Shown here: piece by piece, positions 1 through 11,705 of the stretch | Layout of the letters: each line of letters starts with the position of its first letter | How positions within the stretch are numbered: position 1 is the first letter of the stretch | Source of the DNA: Chiloscyllium plagiosum | Taxonomy: Eukaryota | Reading direction: 5' to 3' | Assembly (NCBI RefSeq): GCF_004010195.1 | Contig: NC_057718.1 | Location: 92,887,404 to 92,951,403 of the forward strand | DNA length: 64,000 nucleotides | Program-made: the position numbers and the translations under genes | The notes under the pieces: model-generated | Databases searched by the model: none | The model's input: only the letters and a program-made list of their open reading frames with translations | What the model was told of the DNA's origin: nothing

Positions 1-720
1 AGACCTTGGAGTGCAGGTTTATATTCCTTGAAAGTGGAGTCATAGATAGACAGCGTAGTGAAGAAGATGTCTGTTATGCTTGTCCTTATTGGTCAGTGCA
101 TTGAGCAGAGGAGTTGAGAGATCATGTTGCAGCTCTATAGGACACTTGTTTGGCCACTTTTGGAATACTGTGTTTAATTCTGGTCTCCCTGCTATAGGAA
201 ATAAACTTGGAAGCGTTCAAAAAAGATTCACAAGGTCATTGCCAGGGCTGGAGGGTTTGAACTATGGGAGAGGCTAAATAGGCTGAGACTATTTTCCCTG
301 GAGCATCAGAGGCTGAGGAGTGACTTTAGAAATTTATAAAATCATGAGGGGCATGCATAGGATGAATAGCCAAGGTCTTTCCCCCAAGCTGCATAGGATG
401 AATAGCCAAGGTCTTTCCCCCAAGCTAAGGGTGTCCAAAAGTAGAAGGCAGAAGTTTAAGATGAGAGGGGAAAGATTGTAAAGGGACCAATGGGATAATG
501 TTTTTCATACACCATGTGTAAGCAATAAGCTGCCAGAGGAAGTGGTGGAGACTGGTACAATTACAATATTTAAAAGGCATCTGGATGGGTACATGAATAG
601 GAAGGGTTCAGAGCGATATGGGCCAAGTGCTGGCAAATGGGACTAAATTAGGTTAGGACATCTGGTCAGCATGGATGAGTTGGACCGAAGGGTCTGTTTC
701 CGTGCTGTACATCTCTCTGA
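1..720 (+). mobile_element. CR1-type (HER1-like) LINE 3' fragment, cut by the window start
   Basis: Decayed end of ORF2 (VQKRFTRSLPGLEGLNY) followed by the family 3' UTR GGACCGAAGGGTCTGTTTCCGTGCTGTAC; many paralogous copies in this window. Confidence 0.9.
355..426. repeat. Perfect 36-bp tandem duplication inside the LINE
   Basis: GCATAGGATGAATAGCCAAGGTCTTTCCCCCAAGCT at 355-390 and 391-426. Confidence 0.95.
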
Positions 721-902
721 TGCCAAAATAGATATTTTCTGATTGTGACATTCTGTTCATCTAGCATTCTGGCTGGCAGGATTGGCCTGGTCTGAATGAA
801 ATGATCTTTATAGTTGATGAAGTACTTGCTTTAACTACACAAAAAGATAGTGAGAAAGAGACAGAGCAAGATATAGTCAGGAAGAGAGACCAAGAGAATT
901 TT

Positions 903-1195
903 TTAGATTACATTACAGTGTGGAAACAGGCCCTTCAGCCCAACAAGTCCACACCGACCCGCCAAAGCGCAACCTAGCCATACATTTACCCCTGGCCTAA
1001 CACTACGGGCAATTTAGCATGACCAATTCACCTGACCTGCACATCTTTGGACGGTGGGAGGAAACCAGAGCAAACCTACACAGACACAGGGAGAATGTGC
1101 AAACTCCACACAGTCAGTTGCCTGAGGCAGGAATTGAACCCGGGTCTCAGGCGCTGTGAGGTAGCAGTGCTAACCACTGTGCCACCGTGCTGCCC
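903..1195 (-). mobile_element. HE1-type tRNA-derived SINE
   Basis: Minus strand starts GGGCAGCACGGTGGCACAGTGG (A box), has GGTTCAATTCC (B box), and ends in the LINE-like tail GGGCCTGTTTCCACACTGTAATGTAATCTAA. Confidence 0.9.
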
Positions 1196-1954
1196 ACAAA
1201 GAGATGAGGAGAAATGGAGCGAGGTTAGAGGAGGCAGAAAGAGGGTAAAAGAGAGACAGAGAAGTGAAGAAAGAAAGATGGTCAAAGAGAAAGAAGATGC
1301 AAGGTAAAGTGAGGATAGAGAGAGAGAGCTATGTCCCCATGTGCTCAAAAACAATGATTGAGCATTGGGACGTTTCATTCTCCACCTAGTGGTTATGACA
1401 AGAATAACACATGCAGAAGTAACTGCTCTTTGCAGTCTTGGATGCAGTGAAGCAAGGAAAAACAAAGGAGAATCAGGTACTACTCAAGAGGTGCAATATC
1501 CTGAGTGTCTACGTGAATTTCTGGATGCTAAGCACCCAGTCTTCCGGCTACCATCACTCGATAAAGGACTTTCCAGGTGTAGGATGGACAGTCTTGTCTG
1601 GTCTACCCACTACCCTGTCAGTCATTTGCCATACAACTGGTAGGCAAGTCCATATATGAGAAACACTAAATTCCTGGATGCAGCAAGGATTTCAGAAAAC
1701 CAGATCTTGATTGTTTTCCTGGGGGCAATGCCCACCAATCTCCTGCTGGGACTCCAGCCTCTTGAAATCACTGGTGCTTTTCCCAGCACATTACATGCTC
1801 ATATAATCCCATTTGGAAGGCATGTCAGTAGGATGTGCAGGAGCATTCACTGTGTTATCATGCCCAATGCCTTATTAATGCCTTGCTTTAATCTTCTGCA
1901 TGATATATGTTGGATACATATCCAACACTAACCTTACATGTATAATCTGAGAGA

Positions 1955-3385
1955 AAACCATGCACCTACGTAAATGTTTTTTAAATAACAAAATTGTACT
2001 TGCCTCCACGACAACCTCTGGCAGACTGTTCCAGACCCTCACCACCCTCTGTGTGAAAGAATTGCTTGTCTGGACTATTTTGTGTCTCTCCCCTCTCAGC
2101 TTAAACCTATGCCCTCTAGTTTTAGTCTCCCCTACAATGGAGAAAAGCTCTCCATGTCTACCTTATCAATGCTTCTGATAATTTTATACACCTCCATAAG
2201 GTCACCCTTCAGTCTCCTATGCTCCAGAGAAAAAAGTCCCAGCCTATCCAATCTGTCATTATAACACAAAACCAATGAAGAAAGAATTTGGTATGCTTTC
2301 CTTTATTGGTCAGGGTATTGAGTACAGGAGTTGAGAGGTCATGTTGCAGCTGTACAGAACATTGGTTAGGCCACTGTTGGGATATTGCGTGCAATTCTGG
2401 TCTCCTTCCTATTGGAAAGATGTTGTGAAACTTGAAAGGGTTCAGAAAATATTTACAAGGATGTTGCCAGGGTTGAAGGATTTGAACTATAGGGAGAGAT
2501 TGAGTAGGCTAGGGCTGTTTTCCCTGGAGTGTTGGAGGCTGAGGGGTGACCTTATAGAGGTTTACAAAATTATGAGGGACATGGATAGGGTAAATGGACA
2601 AAGTCTTTTCGCTGGGATAGGGGAGTCCAGAACTAGAGGGCATAGGTTCAGAGTGAGAGGGGAAAGATATAAAAGAGACCTAAGGGGCAACTTTTTCACT
2701 CAGAGGGTGGTACGTGTATGGAATGAACTGGCAGAGGAAGTGGTGGAGGCTGGTACAAATACAACATTTAAAAGGCATTTGGGTGGGTATATGAATAGGA
2801 AGGGTTTAGAGGGATATGGGCCAGCTGCTGGCAGATGGGACTAGATTGGGTTAGGATATCTGGTCAGCTTGGACGAGTTGGAACAAAGGGTCTGTTTCCA
2901 TGCTGTACATTGCTGTGACTCTATGACTTCAGTCCAGGTAGCATCCTAGTAAATCTTTTCTGCATTCTTTCTACTTTAATAATATCCTTTCTCTAGCAGG
3001 GTGACCAGATTTGCAAGCAGCTCTCCAAATATAGCCTCACCAATGTCTTGGACAGCTACAGCAAGATGTCCCAGCTCCTATATTCAATGCTCTAACTGAT
3101 GAAAGCAAGCATGCCGAAAGCCTTCTTCACCACCTTCTCTATCTGTGACTCCACTTTAAAGGAGCAATGAACCCGAACCTCTAGATCCCTTTGTTCTATA
3201 ACACTCTGCAAGGCCCTGCCATTGAATCTGTAAGTCCTGTCCCGGTTTGCCTTACCAAAATGCAACATCTTCATTTATCTAAATTAAACTCCATCTGCCA
3301 TTCCTCAGCGCACTGGCCCAGTTGATCAAGATCCTACTGCATTCCCAGATAACTTTTTTCACTGTCCACTACACCACCAATCTTA
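1955..3385 (-). mobile_element. CR1-type LINE fragment interrupted by a younger opposite-strand copy
   Basis: 1955-2274 and 2928-3385 are collinear minus-strand LINE sequence; ORF 3092-3274 (LHFGKAN...QRDLEVRVH) is CR1 RT C-terminal sequence. Confidence 0.85.
2275..2927 (+). mobile_element. CR1-type LINE 3' fragment, nested
   Basis: Open 167-aa frame LYRTLVRPLLGYCVQFWSP...LERVQKIFTRMLPG...FFTQRVVRVWNEL, then 3' UTR and GACTCTAT tail. Confidence 0.93.
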
Positions 3386-4899
3386 GAACTGAGTCATACT
3401 GGATTTGAAATGTTAATTGCTCATGTATATTATTTATAAATTCGAACTATGCATATTATTTATTTCGTGATTATTTATGCATATGCTGAGTCCAGTTTTA
3501 GAAGCAGAAGGGAACATTTGAATTTTATTTCATCCAGGTTTGGCGCATCTTTGCTGACAAGTATTAATTGGCCCTTATTTCTGGCTGGCTGGCTGACCAA
3601 CTCATTATGATTATTACCACTTCATTCAACCTGAATTGCATTCACTCATTTCCCATGCCAGTAACTCCCATGTTGTAGCCAATGATTGGGAATTGGGAAC
3701 TTCAGAATCTGTGAGTTTGCACATTCGAGGTCCTTTGATATACAAAAGTTCAGAGTCATTCATTTGGCTGAAAGATGTGGGTGAGAGAAGGAACAGGGGC
3801 TTTTTTGTTGCAGGTACATGAGTTAAGGTACGTCTTAATGGTCTTCCTGTATCACAGAGGCAAATGTGCTCCCAACTGAGCCAAGGCTAATAAAGGCTAC
3901 TTGTATCTGATGGATCCGAGTGATCCTCATATTGCAGCTCATGGAATCCCCTGACCGACCATCAGTCGGTCCCTGTGAAATTGCATAGTCCACGCATGTA
4001 AAACATTGGAATAAATAGGTTTCCTTGTGTGGCACTGCAAGTCATAAAGACCATTCTGTTACAATAGGATCTGAAACACGATTTGATAAATTCTCCCCAC
4101 CTGCAGGAGAACCGGTGCTGGACTGCATATTTATCCCTGACTGTTGATCTGCAGGGTTTATTTCTACGGTAATAAGCCCTTCATTCAATAAGGATTGACA
4201 TTTTTATCACTATTAATTTAAAAACTTTTTAATTTGTGCTTCTTTTTTATCAGTCAATAATCAGACTGTGTGAGTAGCCCAGCATTCACTGTTCTAGAGG
4301 CACTTACTTTGCTCTATCTTTGGATTGTATCTGTGTGCAATTCATCTGCAGTCATTCATCATCAAGGCTGTCTTTTATATTAGGTCCCATATATCATCTT
4401 CTGTCAGCTCTTGAACAGATCATTATGCCGTTTAGTGCTATAACATCTAATCATTCAATAATTCTTCTGCCCATATCTGATACAAATATACTTACTTCTG
4501 TGTTGCAGTTTTATTAGCTTGCTTTTAAAGAATGCAGTAATTGCAAATGTCCGTCACAATCTCTCCGGCTACAACAAAGGGTGTGCGGGTGTTCATTCAG
4601 AAATACATCTGTTGCAGGTTTGTTCTTTGTCATCATGGTGGCCAACTGTCACCTCAAGCCACACCAGACTTACACTCGCTCAACAACACATGGGGTTAAA
4701 AATGCAAAGGTGCAGTCAAAATGGAGTAAAGCAAGTAATAAGTGTGTTGCTTTAAAGAAATGGTCTTAAGGAGGACCAATTGTCCTTTTTCCCAAGTCAA
4801 TGCCATCAGCCATTGGGTTTCAGAGTGAAGTTGTTCCTGTAACAGACTCCTCCACCAGTTATCAATGACCCTCCTAGATCTAGTGACGATCCTGCTTAA

Positions 4900-5120
4900 A
4901 TTGAGCAGACACTAAGCTCTGGAGCTTCCTTCCTCAAAAGTCACTGACTCTCTGCCTTAAAGACATTTCTCAAAGCCTATTTGCTTGAAGAAACTTTTAA
5001 TTGCCTTTCCTAACTCTCTTTACATGGCCCCCTGCCAACCTTTGTCTGATCGCTGTCATTTCAGTTGCCTTGGGATGTTTAACTACATTAATAGTCCTAT
5101 GTATAAATATATGTTACTGT
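4900..5120 (+). mobile_element. Old L2-like LINE 3' end
   Basis: CCTTAAAGACATTTCTCAAAGCCTA...GCCTTGGGATGTTTAACTACATTAA...TATAAAT resembles vertebrate L2 3' ends. Confidence 0.55.
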
Positions 5121-5618
5121 CTAAGCCCTATTCATGGAGTGACCTAGTTCAAAGTGATTAGCAATCAATTCTGAAATATGACTTAGGTCATTCAATGCTT
5201 TGTGGAGTGGCTAGCTTTCAGAAACGAGCTTTCCAACATTCGCTTCTTAAATCATAAAATGACAAAACATGAGTTCCATCATCAGGACATACAATTCAAA
5301 TGGCTAGCACCATAATTAATATTCAAGGAAGGATTGACCTATTTGCTATTAGTGACACTGTAAAGTTATTCAGGAAGATGTAATGGAAATATTGATTGGC
5401 AAACTGGCCAGTGATTTTAAATGTGTCAAAAACAGCAAAGGGAATCCCGGGCATTGCATTTTTCTGCTAATATGTATTCATTTCTGCAGGAACTCCATTC
5501 TTAGCTGAAGGGTACCATTTTGATCTTTTCCTGTTTTCTCCTTTTCCAATTATCCTTGTATTGACACCTACACGTCTCTGACACAAACCAATTGGTCACT
5601 TTTCACTTGAGAGTCTAA

Positions 5619-6138
5619 ATAGAGTCATAGAGTTATACAGCATGGAAACAGACCCTTCGGTCCAACCCGTCCATGCTGAATATAATCCCAAAATAAACTA
5701 GTCCAACTTGCCTGCTCCTGGCCAATATCTCTCCAAAGCTTTCCTATTCATGTATTTACCTGAATGTCTTTTCAATATTGTAATTGTGCCCATATCTACT
5801 ATTTCCTCACAAAGTTCATTCCACATGCGAACCATCATCTGTGTAAAAAAATTCTCCTTCAGTCTTTTTAAAATCCGCCTCCTCTCATCTTAAGAATGTG
5901 CCCCCGGTCTTGAAATCCCTCGACCTAGGGAAAAGACAACCACCATTAACTCTCTCCGCACCCCTCGTGATTTTATGAATTTCTGTAAGGTTACCTCTCA
6001 ACCTCCAATGCTCCAGTGAAAAAAAGTCCTAGCCTATCCAGCCTTTCTTTGTAACTCAAATCTTTCCTTTCCAGCAACATCCTGGTAAATCTGTTCTGAA
6101 TCCTCTCCAGCTTAATAATATCCTCCCTATAACTGGGT
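5619..6138 (-). mobile_element. CR1-type LINE 3' fragment
   Basis: Starts ATAGAGTCATAGAG...GGAAACAGACCCTTCGGTCC, the reverse complement of the family tail. Confidence 0.9.
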
Positions 6139-7330
6139 GAGTATGGGAAGCTGTTTGGTTATTGGAGAAAGCTCTTTTCCAAATCTGACCCTAGCCTCAG
6201 CTGATGCTCACACATCCTCCATTAAGCAGAACGAATGGATTGTGCGAATTAGGGGCAAACCGAACGCTTCAGTTGAGGACTATGAAACTAATCATGGAGA
6301 TTGGAGGGGTTAAAACTGTTCTCTTCAGAAGACAGAAGGCTGAGGGGAGGTCCGGGAAAGTTATTGAATATTATAAAATGAAAGGACTAAGAAGAAGAGA
6401 ACAATGATTTCAAGTAATTTGGCAAAAGATGCAAATCTTACATAAGGAAATGTAGCGAATGAAATGCACTGCCTGAGAGTGTGGTGGAGGCAGGTTCAAT
6501 CGATGTATTAAATCGGGAGTGATTTGAAATGGAATGATGTGCAGGTTATGGTGGGAAGGCAGGACAATGACATGAAGGATTCGTTTTGGAGCGTTTATGC
6601 AGACACAATGCCTGAATAGCCTCCTTCTGTACTGTGACAATCAGTGAATCTGTCATATAGCCCTCAAGGCGAGCTTGACTAACCTCAATGACCTCAACTG
6701 CTAATCAGGGAGTGAGGTTTCACAAAATTATGAACGAATTTTTCAAATATCTCAGAGTCCTTTGCTTCTGTAAGGGCATTCACATGTTGGCACACATTGG
6801 GTCCTTGGCTCTCAGGGCAGAACAAGTAATTGAATTTGGATGGCTCCTCACATTTCTCAAAGTGGATCTCAGCCGTTTCAAAAATACAATATTTGCTTTC
6901 ATGCAGGCCAGCACATTGACTGGTGACTCGGTCATTGTGGGAACTTGCTATGCATGTCACGGTCAACTTGTTTTTGATGAGGCCGCTTTGTAAGAGAGAA
7001 AAATAACATCCAAAATTTGCAAAGAACACTTGTGGGGGGATGAGGCGAGGGGCATGACTGATTATTTTGAAGCAATCTTTTACACCTTCCCTTGATACAG
7101 CTAGATGGACACCAGGCAAAAGACTGTGTGCTAGGGCAGTACGTACCATACAGAAACATCACCCTGGATAGATTGTTAATGCACAAGCTTCTGATGCAGA
7201 GGTGAAAGTCAGTGCAGGCTGAGAATTTCTGCTAATCCTTCATTTCAGCAGGCACAAAAACACGCTGGCTTGTCATGTTGTCATAGCTGGATGAGAGAAG
7301 GAACAATGTTAATATTACCATCAGGGGAAT

Positions 7331-7558
7331 TGAACTAACTCTGCAGAGGATGGTATCCCATCACCAACTCACTCTTTATTTACACGTGTGTAATACATGA
7401 AACTGACCCAACTAGCACAGAGGCAGCTTCTGGGGTTAGCAGACACTCCTGTTTCTATCTGTCAGCCAGGGCTCCCTGATTGGACCAGGTCAACAACCCC
7501 AATCAGGGAATTCATATTCTATGAGGTCCAACTGGTTGACCTCATTACAGTCACTACA
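7331..7558 (-). mobile_element. Solo LTR related to the Gypsy element at 18.4-22.9 kb
   Basis: TG...CA ends; shares ATCTGTCAGCCAGGGCTCCCTGATT and TCATATTCTATGAGGT with the LTRs at 18410-18628 and 22687-22904; flanks GGAAT/GCAAT. Confidence 0.85.
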
Positions 7559-7629
7559 GCAATAACATCTCTCTGCATTAGGGATACATTAAGGAGAGAA
7601 AATGACAACTGTGAAACCATTCAACATAA

Positions 7630-7910
7630 AGTTAAAAATCACACAACACCAGGTTATAGTCCAACAGGTTTAATTGGAAGCACACTAGCTTTCGGAGTGA
7701 CGCTCCTTCATCAGGTGATTGTGGAGGGCTCGATCGTAACACAGAATTTATAGCTATAAATTGTGTTACGATCGAGCCCTCCACAATCACCTGATGAAAG
7801 AGCGTCACTCCGAAAGCCTGCGTGCTTCCAATTAAACCTGTTGGACTATAACCTGGTGTTGTGTGATTTTTAACTTTGTACACCCCAGTCCAACACCAGC
7901 ATCTCCAAAT
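7630..7910. mobile_element. Fold-back PLE-type insertion, family A
   Basis: Inverted arms meet with no spacer at 7753/7754 (AATTTATAG|CTATAAATT); TSD CATTCAACATAA at 7618-7629 and 7911-7922; hammerhead motif in each arm. Confidence 0.85.
7683..7717 (-). ncRNA. Minimal type I hammerhead ribozyme motif, family A
   Basis: Minus strand CAC CTGATGA A GGAG CGTCA CTCC GAAA GC TA GTG: core boxes, stem I CAC/GTG, stem II GGAG/CTCC, palindromic AGCT stem III, CUA cleavage triplet. Confidence 0.8.
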
Positions 7911-7952
7911 CATTCAACATAAGACATCTTTGTTCCCCTAATTAGTACTGAC

Positions 7953-8177
7953 TACTGTCAGTTCTGAAATAATGTGGTAGTAGTTCTGTCCTCGTGCATC
8001 CCATGTTATAAGAAAATCGTGTAATAGCAGCACCATTTAAATTAATGGGGCCAGAATTGCGTTATAACCAATACATGGTTTAAAACTTCATGCTTTAGAA
8101 AGAGTGTCCCCAATTCATCAATCGTGTTATAGCGAATTTGTGTTAACAAAACGTGCGTATTTCAACACGACCTGTGC
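7953..8177. mobile_element. Decayed Tc1/mariner (Tigger-like) MITE
   Basis: Imperfect terminal inverted repeats (CTGTCAGTTCTGAAATAATG and CGTATTTCAACACGACCTG) with internal repeats of a CGTGTTATA-like motif. Confidence 0.5.
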
Positions 8178-8204
8178 TTACATTTTATCATTAAGTAAGG
8201 AAAG

Positions 8205-8522
8205 TAGATGTGGCACAGCAGTTAGCACTGCTCCTCACAGCACCAGGGACCTGGGTTCAACTCCAGTTTTGGGTGACTCTCTGCCTTGAGATGGCTGTTC
8301 TTCCTGTGTCTGGGTGAGTTTCCTCCCACACTCCAAAGATGTGCATGTTCGGTGAATTGGCTGTGCTAATTGTCCCAGGATGTGTAGGTCAGGTGGATTG
8401 GCTGTGGTAAATGTGTGGTTACAGGGATTGAATGGGGCCCAGGTTTGTGTAGGATGTTTAGTCAGTCAATGCAGAGTCAATGGGCCAAATGGCCTCCTTC
8501 TGCACTATTGGGATTCTATTCA
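8205..8522 (+). mobile_element. HE1-type SINE, diverged
   Basis: GTGGCACAGCAGTTAGCACTGCT...GGGTTCAACTCC...GGGATTCTAT; matches the other copies. Confidence 0.8.
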
Positions 8523-8599
8523 ATGTGAAATGGGTACATGTTGCACCTTTATTATGGACAAATCGTTATCTTAAAGGTTGCGGACAGTGATTCCTCAAT

Positions 8600-8614
8600 G
8601 CTGCCCCCTCCTGG
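8600..8614 (-). promoter_or_regulatory. Candidate CTCF motif
   Basis: Minus strand CCAGGAGGGGGCAGC, one mismatch to the CCASYAGRKGGCRSY consensus. Motif match only. Confidence 0.35.
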
Positions 8615-9780
8615 AAGTATACAGCTGTCTGGTAGCAGGGCCATCCACCCTGACACAGGTACTGGGGGTCTTTGTAATAAAAATCGAAATCCTAATGCCA
8701 AGTGTAAGGCCTTGCTTCTTTAACTTCCTCATTAACTTCCCAGACCACTTACTGGGCTAATGATGGATTTTTTTAATGTGGCCTAAGTTGACAGCCCTTA
8801 ATGGTGTTGTTGACAATGAAGATCAAACAAACTCTTTTGTTCTTTATGTATCTGTAGACTCAGGAAGAGTGGGATATCCTTCATCTATCTCCAGAGCTTG
8901 GTTTATAACTTGACCCCCAGCCCAGCTCTACTCATCATCATTAATCCGGTACAAATAACCTAAGCGAGTTAGATCAGGGAGCTTGACCAAATGCTCTTAG
9001 ATATTCAGTTTAATGCAGATGGGCCCAACGTTCTCTCATTGTCTGCTGTAGCTTCTTCCTGCATTCTCGCTGTATGTAGATAACTTGTGAATTTTCTTAA
9101 TAGGCATTTTGTCCCAAAGGAGGATTTTAAGGCTCTGTGTTTTGCCTAGTTTGTCTTTCCTGCTACCTTGTGCACACAGTGGTGGGTCACTTTAGCTGCA
9201 ACACAACAATTGCTGATTGGTTTGTTGTGGATAGGGGTGAGACTCCCAGTGCAGAAAGAGGTCATTTGGCCCCTCTTGTTCATGCTAATCTCTCTGTGAG
9301 CACAACTCAGCTAGTACCAGTCTCCTGCCTTTTCAGTGAAAATGTTACAATGGAGATCTTTTCCTGTCTATGAAATGAACTTGGGTGCCAAAATGACAAA
9401 GTGAGCGAATTAATTTCCTTTAATTGTAAGACTAGGCATTCTCCTCCATGTCTCGGAAGGAGAATCACAACATCTGTTGCTTTGGACACCCCCACTCTCT
9501 CTTCCCCCAAATAAAATGGGCAAACCGCATCTCTTACTTGGGTGTGGACGCTTGATCATCCCTGCTCCCGGTGGCAAGTGGTCTGACTGGACTCAAATGA
9601 ATGTCAGTTAAAATCATTGCAGCTGACACTGGAGGATTGGGGTGGAGTGTGTGGGGGTGGGGAACTAACATATCAGGTTTAATTTCTCACCAAAACCCTC
9701 TCAAACACCTCCCCCCCCCCCCCACCCCAGCCCTCTTTTTCCTCATTAGGAAACCAGTACATGTATTTAAACAAGGCAAT

Positions 9781-9795
9781 GCTGCCATCTGCTGG
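9781..9795 (-). promoter_or_regulatory. Candidate CTCF motif
   Basis: Minus strand CCAGCAGATGGCAGC, a full consensus match, outside recognisable repeats. Confidence 0.45.
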
Positions 9796-10029
9796 CTAGT
9801 TTAAATGATGCACTGTTTAAATGATGTCTTCTTCAAAGAAGCAATCATTTCTTGGCTCTTAGTGTGACTATTTCAGAAGAAATAACAACTCCAATACCTG
9901 CCAGACTAAATAAGGCTTATGTAGTACAATCTGTGATGTATACTTCCTGGTAAAATATTAATGTATTGGTTCCCAAAATTGGTAGTCTATTAAAAAAAAA
10001 GTCACTAAAGTAATTTGAATACAGGCAAA

Positions 10030-10200
10030 ATGCTGCTGATGCTGCAAGTCTGAAAAAAAAACCCAGAGAATGCTGGGGAACCTCACAAGGCCTGGTAGTA
10101 TCTGATGAGGTGAGTCATTATGAAATATTAACTTTATTTCTCTCTCTGCAGTTGCTGCCCGACCTGCTGAGTTTCCCTAACTTTCTCTGCGTTTATTCCA
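10030..10200. mobile_element. Old fold-back PLE-type remnant, family C-like
   Basis: GATGCTG...AGAATGCTGGGGAACCTC is inverted against TGCTGCCCGACCTGCTGAGTTTCCC; CTGATGA...GAAATATT lies at the pivot. Confidence 0.55.
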
Positions 10201-10816
10201 CATTTTATCTATTTGTTCTCTGTCCTTAGGAGAACGATAACGAGTGTCATATTCTGGAGATTGTTTAGATTCCTTCAAAATATACTGGTATCAGTTTGTT
10301 GACTTGGTGCTTTCCAAATACTACCTGAGAGATTGAGAAGCACTTCAATGACATTGGATCATTTTATTAATCTTTCAACAGAACATTCTGTCTGTTCAGA
10401 AGCAGTTTTCTAATTACTTTTGGAGTGATCCACTTTTGTGTCTAAAATGGTAATGCTTGCTGTGTCTAAGATCTGAATTGGAGGAGTCAAACTACTCAGC
10501 CTTTTAAGTTTACTCTGCCATTTGATAAGATCACCGCTGATTTTGTTACTCCATATTTCCGCCTGCTCCCAGTAATCTTTTCACTCTCTTGTTTATCGAG
10601 AATCTAACGACCTCTGCCTCAAAAATATTTAAAGGTTCTCCCTCCACCACCTGTTGAGGAACAGACTTCCTTTGTGTGAAAATACAATCCAGCCCCTAGT
10701 TCCAGATTGTGTCAGAAGAGGAAACATCTTTTCCACATCCACCCTGTCAAGATCCCTCAGATACATAACTGTTTCAATCAAGTCTTCCCTTACTGTTCTA
10801 AACACCAGCAGACATA

Positions 10817-10940
10817 AGGCGAAAGTGAAAACTGCAGATGCTGGAGATTAGAGTCGAGACTGTGCTGCTGGAAAAGCACAGCAGGTCAGGCAGCATCCGA
10901 GGGTGCTGCCTGACCTGCTGTGCTTTTCCAGTACCACACT
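10817..10940. mobile_element. Very short fold-back PLE-type insertion, family B
   Basis: CTGGAAAAGCACAGCAGGTCAGGCAGCA is inverted against TGCTGCCTGACCTGCTGTGCTTTTCCAG; TSD CACCAGCAGACATAAG/CACCAGCAGATACAAG (10803-10818, 10941-10956). Confidence 0.85.
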
Positions 10941-11083
10941 CACCAGCAGATACAAGCCTAGCCTATTTTACCTTTCATCACAAGTCAACCAGTCCATTCT
11001 AGTTATTAGTCTAATAAAACTTCTCTGGACTGCTCACAATACATTCATAACCTCCCTTAAATAAAACAACCATACTGTACACA

Positions 11084-11705
11084 TGATTTGGAGACGCTGG
11101 TGTTGGACTGGGGTGTACAAAGTTAAAAATCACACAACACCAGGTTATAGTCAAACAGGTCTAATTGGAAGCACTAGCTTTCGAAGCACTGCTCCTTCAT
11201 CAGGTGTTTGTGGAATTTAAGATTGTAAGACACAGAATTTATAGCAAAAGTTTACAGTGTGGTGTAACTGAAATTATATATTAAAAAAGACCTGGATTGT
11301 TTGTTCAGTCTCTCATCTTTTAGAATGACCATGTTGGTTTCAGCTCTTTCAGATGTAAATCGCAAAACATTGTTTTAAAAGTTACATTCTCAAATGAACT
11401 TTAACAGTGGGCCGACATGACACCAATTGTCAAAGTTCACTTGAGAAGGTAACTTTTAAAAAAATGTTTTGCCATTTACTTATGAAAGAACTGAAACCAA
11501 CATGGTCATTCTAAAAGATGAGAGACTTAACAAACAATCCAGGTCTTTTTCAATATATAATTTCAATTACATCACACTGTAAACTTTTGTTTTAAATTCT
11601 GAGTCTTACAATCTTGTCCTCCACAATCACCCGATGAAGGAACAGCGCTCCAAAAGCTAGTGCTTCCAAATAAACCTGTTGGACTATAACTTGGTGTTGT
11701 GTGAT
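11084..11705. mobile_element. Fold-back PLE-type insertion, family A (arms about 280-320 bp)
   Basis: Arms inverted about 11408-11428; TSD TACTGTACACA at 11073-11083 and 11706-11716. Confidence 0.88.
11172..11206 (-). ncRNA. Minimal hammerhead ribozyme motif, family A
   Basis: Minus strand CAC CTGATGA A GGAGC AGT GCTTC GAAA GC TA GTG. Confidence 0.8.

Noticed and set aside
2341..2844. 167-aa ORF and similar ORFs as host genes
   Set aside because: They are C-terminal pieces of CR1-type ORF2 repeated many times in the window.
3905..3935. CTGATGGATCCGAGTGATCC as a possible hammerhead
   Set aside because: It has no CUGANGA match and no GAAA box after the stem.
9710..9730. Poly-C tract with G-quadruplex potential
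   Set aside because: It is a simple homopolymer with no further evidence of function.
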